The position numbers and the translations under genes were made by a program. A stretch of DNA of 64,000 bases from Octopus sinensis (taxonomy: Eukaryota), in the NCBI RefSeq assembly GCF_006345805.1, contig NC_042999.1:95976001-96040000 (forward strand), read 5' to 3'. Below are positions 12,910 to 24,771 of this stretch, one piece after another. Below the pieces are notes generated by a model. It ran no database searches, was not told the DNA's origin, and saw nothing but the letters and a program-made list of their open reading frames with translations. Each line of letters begins with the position of its first letter. Position 1 is the stretch's first letter.

Positions 12910-13560
12910 AAATGGTATGAAAGATGGGTTTGTGTATGTGTTAACAAAGAATGTAGATTTCAGATACAGCATGTGCACTGGGGTAATAAGAATAAAGAGT
13001 GTTTAGGAAATAAATTCTCTCAAGTGCCCAGATGATTCCTTAGAAATGTTTGAAACCTTTTGCAACTTAGGTGAACAAATTTACAGTGAGAAAGGATGTT
13101 CCAAAAATGTAGTTGATAGAATGGGTTGGAGCAAGTCTTAGGAGCTTTGGCTTTTGCTGCCTTGTACCTCAAGACAAAGAACAGACTGTATGATGCTTTG
13201 GTGTGAAGTGTGCTGCTGCACAGTAGTGAGATTTGGGCCTTAAGTGTGGAAGTCCTGGGAAAGCTTTAAAGAAGTGACATGAACATGCTTTGCTGGATGT
13301 GACATGTTAGTGTACATGATTGACAAGTATAAATAAGCTGAGAGATAAACTTATAGGAAGAATCAGTTGTATTGTGGAATAAAGGTGACTGTGCTGGTAT
13401 AGGTATATTATGTGAATGAAGGATGACAGTTGTATAAGCTACTTCCTAACATTCGAAGTGAATGGTACCTGAAGAAGAGAGAGACCATAGAAGACTTGGG
13501 ATGAAATAGTGACAAATGATCTCAAGAGGTTATTTCTGATGACTGAAAACTATGTTGATT
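12910..13560 (+). mobile_element. Degenerate RTE LINE fragment (post-RT region to ORF end)
   Basis: Decayed matches to ...DSLEMVETFCYLGDQI, RLYDALVRSVLLHGSETWA and GRPRKTWDE motifs. Confidence 0.7.
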
Positions 13561-13899
13561 AGTAATACAGATGCTGCAAAAAGCTCAACCTCCTGTGCAA
13601 GCTTGGTGAATGCAACCCTCTTTTTGTTGTGCCTCTGTTCCCTTTAGGTATGTGATCCCATACATCTACTACCTCTCATCCATTCCATAACTGTTGTCCC
13701 ATGACCATCTATTATAACTGCTCTGTTCATTCTGTACCCACTCATCTCCTCTAGTTACAGTGCAGTGACACCTGTAATTAAAAGGGAAGTACTTGATTTA
13801 TTCATATCAATTATCTCCCCATATCCCCACCACCTGTATCCTGTTACTTCTACTTTTTCAGACATTGTAAGTCATGATTCTTTAATGAGGAGGGATTTT

Positions 13900-14650
13900 A
13901 TGCTGACAACCCTTACCCACCCTCCCTGACTCTCCAGTCACCATGGACATGTTACCTCCACGATTAATCTTAGCCTTCTGTCATCATTTTGTCTATCTCT
14001 CCTCATACCATTCTACCCACCCATATATGCCCATATATAAGGTAGCACTGCATCTCCTACTGAACCCTTTCATCTTCCTTCCTCACTGCCCCTTTGCACT
14101 TAGCCTCTTTTCACTACCCCCCCCCAACACTATCATTCCCCTTACCTTTCTCTTCCCCTCTCATTACCTACTCCTATCTTATCTTTCCTGCATGCATCAC
14201 TTTATCCATTCCTATATGTCAAGGAGAAACACAACACCTCCCACTGCTTAACCCCCTCCACTGTTTTATTACACCGACTCTTTCATTCCTGGCGTTATTC
14301 TTTACTTTCTGTCCATTACTCCTTTCCCTAACACTGTACTTACCTTTTCTAAACAATAAACCCCTGTAACTCCTGCAAGAACTGTTATGAATCTAGACAA
14401 CCCACCCAATCCATACCAGAATTCCACAACTGATCCCATAGATCCCATCACTGGATCTATGTACTCAATCCACAACATTAACATTATTACATTTTCCCCT
14501 CCCCTCTCCTTCATACTAATTCTTGACATAACTTTTCTTCTCCACCTCCTCTATCTCCCATTTTGTGCTATCATACTCTCATCACGAACCCATGAATTGT
14601 TCTTTTTTTTCCTTGTCTTTATCTGGTACTTCCTACTTTAACACAATTTC
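13900..14650 (+). mobile_element. Possible decayed Penelope-like element (pyrimidine-rich tract)
   Basis: C/T-rich low-complexity sequence similar in character to 17280-17790 and 43100-43370; PITGSMYSIH loosely resembles the pre-GIY-YIG region. Confidence 0.3.
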
Positions 14651-15885
14651 CTCAGTTCTTTTCTCCATTTCCATTCTCTCACAATAAATCTGTCTTTTTC
14701 CATCAGAATATTCTCTTTTGCTTTGCCAGTTATAAGACAATTTCCAACAATGCTGGTGCCACAAAATACACTCAATACACTCTAAGCATTTGGTAATTGA
14801 TCCCAACACCAACCATACAGGGTTTGAGATAGCTCTTTAGTCTAGTTGATGGCAAGGCAACCAGTATAATACTATTGCCATTAAAATTACATTCAGTTAC
14901 ACTGTGTAAAATGATTTGCATCAGGAAGGGTACCAGCCATAGAAACCATTTCAAAATCCAGACACTGGAGGAAGAGTTAGTCCATCTTTTGTTGAATCCT
15001 GTCAAGCTGTTCTATACATGCCAGCATGGAAAACAGACATAAAATGATAACAGTGATATATGTTGCTTAAAATATTTATCACATATATTACTTAGATAAA
15101 AATCATAAATTTTTTCTCTTCTTAATTATGTTTCACTAAACATTAACTATAAACCAATCTATCAACTGTGTGTGGTATTTTTTATCTTCATAATGTTCCT
15201 TAAACTGCAATTTAAACTAATCTTACTGAAAGATGTTATTTGGAATACATCAACAACTAATCATGTGCATCTGAAATTTTACTTTTCTTTCTTTCTGCCA
15301 GAAATTTTTTTTGCAATTATTGCAAAAATGGCTTCATAATATTGAGTTCCTCCATATATATTGACCAAATTTCTCCTATATATTGACCAAGGTTGTTTCT
15401 TTTATGCTTCTGACCTTTTGTGATCTCTGTTGCTTTCTAAAATTTAAATGTTTGCCACAGTGACCTTTAGACATTTTTAAACTTCCAGTTTTGTGTTGAA
15501 AGTTTTCATCAGACACTGCTAGAAAAATGAATTCATCAGAATATAAATGTTACCAGTCAAGCATCCATAAATGCCCATAGACTGAGTCATTCATTTACTC
15601 AATAAGTTATGGGGTAAAAATCTCTAACTGCACTTTTGGTTTGAGGATGAAGCAGAGAGATGAAATTTATTAGATTCAAGGTTGGGAACTGTCCTAATCT
15701 AAATAACATCATATTGCTAGTAGTTTCAATTCTTTTATTATTTTTATATCTGAAAATTTAATAATTTTTTATGAGAATATGAAAGGTTTTATTCTATTTA
15801 ACTCTTAATTACTTAACTGTAAAACTTAAGAACTATGCTTGCTTTTCTCACTCCATCAATTGTTATTGTATTTAAATATATATTT

Positions 15886-16400
15886 GCCAGCCTCGCCTGG
15901 CCCCGTGCCAGTGACACGTAAAAGCACCGTCCGTTCGTGGCCGTTTGCCAGCTCTGTCTGGCCCCGTGTCGGTGGCATGTAAAAGCACCATCCGTTCGTG
16001 TCCATTGCCAGCCTCGGCTGGCCCCCGTGCCGGTGACACGTAAAAGCACAGTCCGTTCGTGGCCGTTTACCAGCTCTGTCTGGCCCCGTGTCGGTGGCAC
16101 GTAAAAGCACCATCCGTTCGTGTTCGTTGCCAGCCTCGGCTGGCCCCCGTGCCAGTGACATGTAAAAGCACCGTCCGTTCGTGGCCGTTTGCCAGTTCTG
16201 TCTGGCACCTGTGCAGGTGACACGTAAAAAGCACCCACTACACTCGCGGAGTGGTTGGCGTTAGGAAGGGCATCCAGCCATAGAAACACTGCCAGATCTG
16301 ACTGGGCCTGACGAAGCCTTCCAGCTTCACAGACCCCAGTTGACCCATCCAACCCATGCTAGCATGGAAAGCGGATGCTAAATGATGATGATGATGATGA
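15886..16400 (+). mobile_element. 5'-truncated RTE 3' UTR with about 6 tandem ~61-bp units and (ATG)n tail
   Basis: Terminal block gagtggttggcgttaggaagggcatccag...atgatgatg matches the 3' end of the RTE at 32180-36228. Confidence 0.85.
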
Positions 16401-17139
16401 ATTTCTTCTCTCTCCACATATTTCTTTCTTTCTAATTAAATCTTCCTGATACTTAGTTACTGTAGAATCTAATTTAACTAATTATTTTCAAATCCTCTTT
16501 TTCCATCTCTCTTTATTTTATCTTCTTAACTCATTCATCCTTGCTTTCTATTTTATCTGTCCTCTTGGCATTATTTCACACCTAATAGTATATAAGAGAT
16601 GCTGTAAGATCCTTTCTGTATTCAAAAACAGCGGGAGGAATGTCAATGGCAAATAATGGAAACTGAGTCAAAGTTATAACTGCTGTAAAATCAATAAGCA
16701 TGTACCAGGTGACAATTGATTGGTGCCACTACTATATACCAATAATTGTCAGTCAAGAATAGTAGCATTGATGCAGCTCAAATTCATACCATTCTTAGCA
16801 GAAGACATTCTCTTTCAGATGACACTTGAGAGAATTTTTAGAATTAGCTGTTCTTATTTAGTAATCACTTGATAAAGTTGTCTTGAAAGTGATGTCCTTT
16901 CTATGGAAGGGAAGTATAGAAAGTTAACCTCTTAAAAGTAAAATAAAAATGTTATTTACCACCAATTTTAAAATTTATTCTAAATCATAACTATTGAATG
17001 TAAAGAACTTCTGCTATTTTAATAGGAGATATATCAGCGAAACATTTTTTGCGGTATGTTTTTAGAATTAACTTGATGTTTTTTTTTTTTCAACAGCTTG
17101 TTTGCTAGGCCTCTGATATTACATATTGGGAGAATTCAC

Positions 17140-17800
17140 TAAAAAACAAAAGACATAGACATGTGGTGTAGACAACACACAGATGTATTAGATTAACACT
17201 CAGGAAATGAAAAAGTCTTTAACATTTCGAGCCTATGCTATTCCACAGAAAGGAACACAGAAAGGAACAGGAAGAGAAAATAAAGAATGTGTAGTGGCTA
17301 GCGATCTATCATGGCAAATGCCAGACAGAGAGGTCACACAGGAGAGCTAGGAAGAAGGGGAGATAATAAAGTAGTGGTGATCCCAAAACGAAGGTGCTCA
17401 TGCATGTGTATAAGAGAGCATGTATGTATGTGTGGAAGAGGGCTGGTGACCTTGATGTGTGTGTATGTGCATGTCTACGTATGTGGATGATGGTGTGGGG
17501 ATGGGAAGTGGTCAGTGCTAGTGTGTACGTTGTGGTGTTGTGTGGTATGGTGGTGTGTGGTATGGTGTGGTGTGGTGTGGTGGTGTTGGGATTACGAAGG
17601 CGGGTGACGATGAAGGGAGAGGGAGAAGGGAGAAGATGGGTATGAGTGAAGAGAAGAGAGAAGGAGGGTAGGAGTGAAGACAAGTAGGAGTCGGAGCAAG
17701 AGAGGAGAGATGGGTGAGAGAAAGTAGTGTGAGAGGAGGAGAGGAGAGGGAAGGAGATTTGAGTCCATGTGGCACAAAGGAGCGAAGAGAGAAGATTAAT
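17140..17800 (-). mobile_element. Penelope-like LTR/3' remnant with degenerate minimal hammerhead at 17217-17252
   Basis: Minus: pyrimidine tract then CTTT CTGTGGA A TAGC ATAG GCTC GAAATGTT AAAG. Confidence 0.55.
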
Positions 17801-17809
17801 CCATGTAAA

Positions 17810-17975
17810 ATGTACCCACTACACTTTCAGAGTGTTTGGCGTTAGGAAGGGTATCCAACTGTAAAAACATTGCCAGATTGGAGCCTGGTGCGGCCTCCTG
17901 GCTTGCCAGTCCCCAGTCAAACCATCCAACCCATGCCAGCATGGAAAACGGACATTAAACAATGATGATAATGAC
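17810..17975 (+). mobile_element. RTE 3' terminal fragment
   Basis: cccactacact...gttaggaagggtatcc...catggaaaacggacattaaacaatgatgat. Confidence 0.8.
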
Positions 17976-18498
17976 AGTACATTTGATTGAAAATTACTCT
18001 TACAGAATCACACAATACTGAATATTTTGTTTCCAACTAATTATTCAAGAATTCAGCTTATTATCCATGGAACACTTGGACTATGTATTCACACAAAAAA
18101 TATTTTTCTAAGTGAAATTTTCCTAATTCTATAGTATATATTTTCATATACCTTCTGTAACATATGAGGATATAATCCCACCCTCATTTCTATTAAAATT
18201 TAGACCTGAATTGCAACAACAAACTCTCTCACAAATTAAATTAATTTCTTCATTACACATTAATTACTTTATAATTAATTACATTTGTAGAGGTCTATTT
18301 TAAATAGGGCAATATTAATTAAACTATATCCATATTATAGAAATTCTATTCTTATAGCTGTCTCAAAGGCAACTCTCTCCCTATCTTGCTTGCTCTTTCT
18401 CTCTCTTCTTCTCTTACTCTCTCTTCCTCTCTCTCTCTCTCTCTCTTCTTCTTCTCTACTTTTTATTCTCACCCATTATTCTGTATCATTGAATTTAG

Positions 18499-18574
18499 AC
18501 AATGAACCTATGAACTATATATCCAATAAATGTACCTCAGTGAAAGAACTCAACATATATCGTTCTATAACAAT
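18499..18574 (+). CDS. Weak candidate exon E (phase 1 to 2; NEPMNYISNKCTSVKELNIYRSIT)
   Basis: gaatttag acceptor, AT|gtattg donor; phase bridges candidates D and F. Confidence 0.2.
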
Positions 18575-19154
18575 GTATTGTGATTAAAGAAAAACAATAC
18601 CGAAAACAATACTGACATCCACATGAGGGGATATAATTTTGTACTTTAAAAGTAACTATTATTATATTTTCTATAGCAACACTGTCAGAGACTTCATATA
18701 TTGCTCTGCATCTCTCAGTTGGGAAGTTTTACTTTCTTTACTCCAACCTATGAAAACCAATTAACTTTTCTCGATACTATAGTCTAACTCAGTTGTGTTT
18801 TTTTTTATTATCTTTATTCAATATTTTGAAGAATTACAAAAATGTCATTTGTTGTTAAATCTTATTAAAACAGCAGATATTGGGAAAACATAAAGCATGA
18901 GAAAATCATCAGGTAGTATAAAACATGTTTACATGAATCAAATTTATATATCAAATTTCATCGAAAGTAGAAAGTTTTGAATTTAATGAGGAAAAAATTA
19001 GAAAATTGTGTTGCACAGTATTTACATCCCATTCTTGGTATTTCTTCACACATTCTTCTTCATTCTTCCATTCTTTCCCACTTTACTGTAAATTTGTATT
19101 TGCTGCTACCATTCTTTCTTATATTCCCTAGTTTTGTGTTTTTCATTATTTTTC

Positions 19155-19422
19155 TTGTGTCTGGGGAGAGTCATTCTCTTTTAGTGCCTTATTATTTAAC
19201 ACACTCACCAATAAAATTTCCACTTATTTCTTATTTTTTATTTTCTAAAATTTTCGTTGCGTCTTGCAACCTTTTCAATAGTCTTTGAATTAAGACTATT
19301 GAAAAGGTTGCAAGATGCAACGAAAATTTTAGAAAATAAAAAATAAGAAATAAGTGGAAATTTTATTGGTGAGTGTGTTAAATAATAAGGCACTAAAAGA
19401 GAATGACTCTCCCCAGACACAA
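19155..19422. repeat. Near-perfect palindrome: 131-bp arms, 6-nt loop, one mismatch
   Basis: ttgtgtctggggagag...agtctt TGAATT aagact...ctctccccagacacaa; the + and - ORFs here share the same peptide. Confidence 0.95.
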
Positions 19423-20007
19423 CAGAATATGCTTCAACACACGAACTCATATAAAGAATCTTGCAAACCAAATCCAAAAACGAAATATTATTTTTCTTCA
19501 TCTCTGATTATCTTCAATATTTTACAAAACCATCCAACCTATGATCTATATCTTACGAGAGAAACACTCCTATTTTACTTTTATACAAAATCCATGTGAA
19601 CTCAACAGACAAGCCATAAGATCCTGAAAAGATACCCCTAATCATTCTTTATTTCTACATTAACCTTACACTTAGATTTCTGAAAAGTAGCTTGCTATTT
19701 TGAATAATTTGTTTTGTTTTTATCTGGGATATGTTTATATGGTATACTCTTTTTATATCATTAGTAAAGTATGTACATTCCTCTTCATTACCTCACTGTT
19801 GAATTCTTCTTAATTACTACTCTGAAGAAATTGTTGTACAACTTACAGATGGATATTGATTTAATATGCAATAAAGGTTGCATTATTATAAATTTACATA
19901 CACATTTGTGTGCACACATACATACACAACCATAAGCATGGTCCTATTGATTCTTGTACATGACTGACACAGCTATGAAGTAGCTTATTGAAATCTCTTT
20001 ATATATA

Positions 20008-20163
20008 TCATCATCATCATCGTTTAAACGTCCGTTCTCAATGCTAGCATGGGTTGGACGGTTCGACCGGGGATCTGGGAAGCCAGAAGGTTGCACCAGG
20101 CTCCAGTCTTATCTGGCAATGTTTCTACAGTGCCAGATATATATATATATATTTTTTTTTTCT

Positions 20164-20198
<35 letters not shown>

Positions 20199-20390
20199 CT
20201 ATATATATATACACATGTATATCATCATCATTTAGCATCTGTTTTGGGGACTGGTAAACTGGAGAGCTGTACCATGCTCCAGTCTGATTTGGCTTGGTTT
20301 TTATGGCTGGATGCCCTTCCTAATGCCAACTACTCCAAGAATGTAGTGGTTGCCTTTTATGGGTCACCAAGTTAGGTGCCTTTTACATCC
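20008..20390 (-). mobile_element. Two adjacent RTE 3' terminal fragments separated by a TA microsatellite
   Basis: (CAT)n followed by reverse complement of the RTE terminal block at about 20008-20135 and 20220-20390. Confidence 0.75.
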
Positions 20391-22228
20391 ACACACACAT
20401 ACAGCCACCCACACATATAGTGGGTGTGTGTGTTCATGTGAATGTAATCAACTGTAAGACATTTGCCATTACTAATTGTACGTCTCATGAATATATTTGT
20501 CTAGGCCTCTACATATGATTTTATTTAGGAGTATGTGCTTATATTATTGAAGAGGGCATACATTTGTCTTTATAATTCTACTTTAGGAAAACATTTAAAA
20601 GAATTAAAATAGACCAAACTATTGTCAAATCATCTCTACAAAGAACATGTTATTGAACATAACTGTTTTTCATACAGGTTCTAAACTAGATTATATATTG
20701 ACTTGAGGCAGAGTTCATGTGACACAGCACAGTGATGAAAGCTGTCCAGTGCTAGAAAACTAAGATAGGCTTTGTTTTGCTACTTAAAATTTGTAATTGA
20801 TGAAATTTAGTGTAGTAATCTCTTTTCATATATGTATTGAAACTGATTATCACATGGGAACTTTCATACATAACTGCTCCAGAGTTGTGAATTATATTTT
20901 TTATTTTGGTAAATTTTGTTGATTTCATAACTATACTTATAGATAAAAATTTATCTATAAAGATAGATATGAAATCAGCAATATTTACTAAGAGTTGCTC
21001 ATACACACATGCTTTTAAATGTACTGATATGTTCATAGATTGTTTTCTCTAGTTTTCAAACCAGACTATATATTGGTTTTATGTCAATCAATGTTTGGCT
21101 TATACTGATTAAGTTACTGACTTCAGCATTGGCAAATAGGGATCTGAAAGTTGATAAAATCAAATACTTGGTTCATAGAATGACTCATGCATTTAAAAAA
21201 GATATATTTTATAGTCTAAATTAATATCAGAAGAGAATAGTTAGAATCCAAAGAAGTCTATTATGAAAAGATTATCATAGATAGAAAGTTTCTGTATATG
21301 TTTATCATTTTAATTTTAATTTCCTTTCATTCTTTCCCTTCAGTGTTCAATAATCACTATAATGGGATTTTTCTTTTGATAGCTATATAGATTATTTAGT
21401 TTTATTTGATAAACTCTATTGTTGGTGTAACATCTACTTTATTTTCTATCCCTGTTTTTTACATTAATGTTTTTCTGTTCTGCAGATTTAACCTCTTTTA
21501 TCAGATTACTACAATTCTGTTTAGATTCTTAATGATGTTCAAATCAATCTTTAATGTGAATACTTCAGTCTATTTAAAACAACAGTGTCACAATATCTCC
21601 TAGTTTGGCTTTTGCATCTTTAGAATCTTTTGTGGGAACATACAGGAAGCTCTTTGTATATTATTCATAATATTACTGTTATATGTACCCTTATATAAAT
21701 GAAATCATGTAAATTAGAAATACCATAGAGATTTCGTAGCTTATTTTGAAAACTCTAAAATTATTGGAAGTTTATAGAGAACCATGATATAGACAATTTC
21801 TTTTGAAATTGGATTTTTTCTGAAAATCTAACTCTTGAAACATTGTAAAGTTCACCGAGGTGGTACTAAAAGTGTGATTTTAAGAGAGAACAGCTTTGAA
21901 AACTATATTCTTTAATGTACACTTGTTTCCTGTTCTACCTTGAAAACTGTTAAAACAGAATTTAAGCTAATTTCACTAGTATTGGTTCCACAATAAAATC
22001 TTACCTAGTATATTTGTTAAAGCAACTGATGGGGAAGGGCATCCAAAGTCAAAAAGAAAATGTATGACGCAATCAGCTGACTTGTCTAGGAAACAGTAAC
22101 TTTCAATAAGAACTAACTTGGACTATGACATCCTGTCCAGCCCATACCAGTATGGAAAAAGCAGATGTATTATGATAATAATGACTAGCAGTGGTAGCAG
22201 CTGCTTTTATTATTATCAATATTATTAA

Positions 22229-22440
22229 GGTGGTGAGCTGACAGAATCGGTAGCACACTGGGCAAAATGCTTAGTAGTATTTCATCTGCTACTATGTTCT
22301 GAGTTCAAATTCCACCAAGGTTGACTTTGCCTTTCACCCTTTCGGGGTCAATAAATTAAGTTACCTGTGAAATACTGGGATCAATGTAATTGACTCATCC
22401 CCTCCCCCAAAATGGCTGTCCTTGTGGAAAAATCTGAAGC
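22229..22440 (+). mobile_element. tRNA-derived SINE with Deu/Nin-like central domain
   Basis: Head ggtggtgagctgacagaatcgg...ctgagttcaaattcc then gcctttcaccctttcggggtcaataaattaagt; partial copies at 23128-23390 (+) and about 1385-1480 (-). Confidence 0.7.
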
Positions 22441-22454
22441 CATTATTATTATCA

Positions 22455-23850
22455 TTATTATTATTTATTGCCTTTCACAGCTTCTAATGCTGGAGATGTA
22501 CTACAGTGTCAGCTTTTTACTACCAGTGAACAAAGTAACACCTCTTATTTTTTGAGTACCTTCCAAAGTATTTGAGTGGTTCCAAGCAATGCTGCTTTCT
22601 GCAAATGCTCCACCCTTATTGCAACCCCCTATTTGTTCCACATACCTCTCAAAAAGTATGTGGAATTGTCAAGGGCTCCAACAATTATTGGTACTACTGC
22701 TACCTTTTTCATTGACTACAACTGCTTAAGTTCCCAAGTTAACCTGTCATATCTCTCGACTTTTCTTTTTTCTTTATCGCATACCTTGTTGTCAGCTAGG
22801 CATGCTATGTCTATTATCCAGCATAGTTTGTTTTCTTTCTCAACAAGCAAAATAATATAGATAATGTCCTCAGTTTTGTTCCATAGTTAAAATCGTTTAC
22901 TTCTTGTTGTGAAGTGTAAAATAATTCATACCAATCTATGAAGAAGAAAATGTGAGAATATAGCTTTGATAGATGTTGTTTCAATACTATCTATGTGGGC
23001 TGTTATGCCATCTCAAGGATCATATGCTTCTGAAAAATATACAATCCCATCTTTCAATTTTTTTGAATAATCACAGATTTTCTATGAGTACTGTTAATTC
23101 TTCTTCTTATTATTATTATTAAAAAGATGGTGAACTGGCAGAATCGTTAGCACACTGGATGAAATGCTTAGCAGTATTTCACCCATCACTACATTCTGAG
23201 TTTAAAGTAAATTAAATACTAGTGAAACACTGGGGTCGATGTTATCGACTAATCCCTTCCCACATAATGTCAGGCCTTGTGCGTTAAGTAGAAAGGATTA
23301 TTATTATTTAGGTGGTGAGCTGGCAGAAATGTTAGCATGCTATGCAAAATGCTTAGCTGTATTTCATATGCCACTACATTCTGAGTTCAAATTCTTATTT
23401 ATGTACTTAGTTCTCAGAACTTGTTCCTGAGCACTGCATATTGATGCCTTAGTTCATCTTTTCAGATCATTTTTCCTAAGCTACTTCCAGTTGTTCATCT
23501 TGTATTTCCCTTCCATTTTTGAGGTATTGCTCTTGCATCAATTTTATTCTCCTTTTGTTCAGTCTTTGTTCTACATCTTGTTTCTTAAATACTTGTGGGT
23601 GTGTTACATTTTCACTAGGTAGCCTGTTGCTGTTTCTAACTGCCACCACCAAAGATTCAATCTGCTGTTTAACATACTATCTCAGACTGTTTTCCTCATT
23701 AGCAACACAGATCTTGCAACCTATGAGACCTCTTGCTCTCTTGTTTCTAGGTACATATTGTCAATAAACATCACTTTTAGGGTGCAGTCCCTTGTTCATT
23801 GGTCATCACTTCTCTAGTTTTTCTATCTATCTCTTCAAGCTCATTCATTG
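22455..23850 (-). mobile_element. Decayed R4/Dong-type (restriction-like endonuclease) LINE 3' part, interrupted by SINE pieces
   Basis: Minus: ...NKLCWIIDIACLADNKVCDKEKRKVERYDRLTWELKQL...VPIIVGAL...HLQKAALLGTTQIL at 22560-22860; (AAT)n tail; upstream RT-linker remnant 23400-23850. Confidence 0.7.
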
Positions 23851-24517
23851 TCCATCTAATTTTTTATATTTAATTTTATTTAATAACTTTTATTTTATTA
23901 TCATTTTAATTTCATTTAATTTTTTAACTGAAGAAGGGGAAAAGTTCTGGAATTTCAATTAAAACCCTCAAAATCTTACTGACAGAAACTTTCACAAAAT
24001 AATTACTCTAATGCCTTGTTATATAGAAATATCTAAGAGGACTTTTGTGGTCTACCATGCTCTGGGATCATATTTTACTGCATAGTGTTAGGTTTGTGAC
24101 TACCAAATAAATAATTTATATTCAACTTTCTGACCTACTTTTTATAATTCTAAAGGTTTTGTTGTTGGTGGCATGCAGTGTATTTGGTAAATGTGGGTAA
24201 CCTCCTTAGTCTTTTATTAAAAAGAATTTTACACAAGTTATTATTATTTTTTTTTGTGTATATTTACTTCACACTTCTTATATGTTGTGCTGGTCTGCAT
24301 ATGCTCATGTGTACAGGAATTTCATTGATAAAATGCACTGAAAAGAACATTTACTTTTCACACTTTGTGAAAATACTAAACATATCACTATTATCAAAAA
24401 GTGAAGCACTTTTTGTAAGTTTCTGCTGAAGAAACAAATAGACTATATAGAATGAAACTGACAAGGAATACTGACCATTCATATTCAGATGGACTTCACA
24501 TTTCTATCCTACAGTGA

Positions 24518-24584
24518 AGTGTTTGCTAATAGCCACTGCTATTACAGTGTTTACCAATAGCTACTGCTATTACAGTATTTACCA
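24518..24584. repeat. 28-bp tandem repeat, about 2.4 copies
   Basis: agtgtttgctaatagccactgctattac / agtgtttaccaatagctactgctattac / agtatttacca. Confidence 0.8.
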
Positions 24585-24704
24585 TGAGATAAACTGCTAT
24601 CATATTTACAGTGCTGCTAATTCATAGTTGAAGAGCTGCAATAACCTCATTTTTTTATGTAAACTCATTATTTGCATCTGATTGGAACACTTGATTATTT
24701 TTAG

Positions 24705-24771
24705 TTACAAGTGATTACTGATGATAAGGAAACTTGCAATTCTACAGAAACTTTTCAGAAATGGGGCACTG
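24705..24771 (+). CDS. Weak candidate exon (phase 0 to 1; LQVITDDKETCNSTETFQKWGT)
   Basis: tgattatttttag acceptor, only one open frame, weak G|gtagaa donor. Confidence 0.2.

Noticed and set aside
14709-14793. Exon-like segment NILFCFASYKTISNNAGATKYTQYTLSI
   Set aside because: Overlaps the start of an RTE-tail repeat
15302-15364. Strong acceptor followed by KFFLQLLQKWLHNIE
   Set aside because: All frames stop before any good donor
15886-16230. CRISPR-like regular array
   Set aside because: Whole units repeat with no unique spacers, no cas genes, eukaryotic context; part of an RTE 3' UTR
21052-21226. 57-codon open frame after an acceptor
   Set aside because: No credible donor; T-rich hydrophobic translation typical of intron
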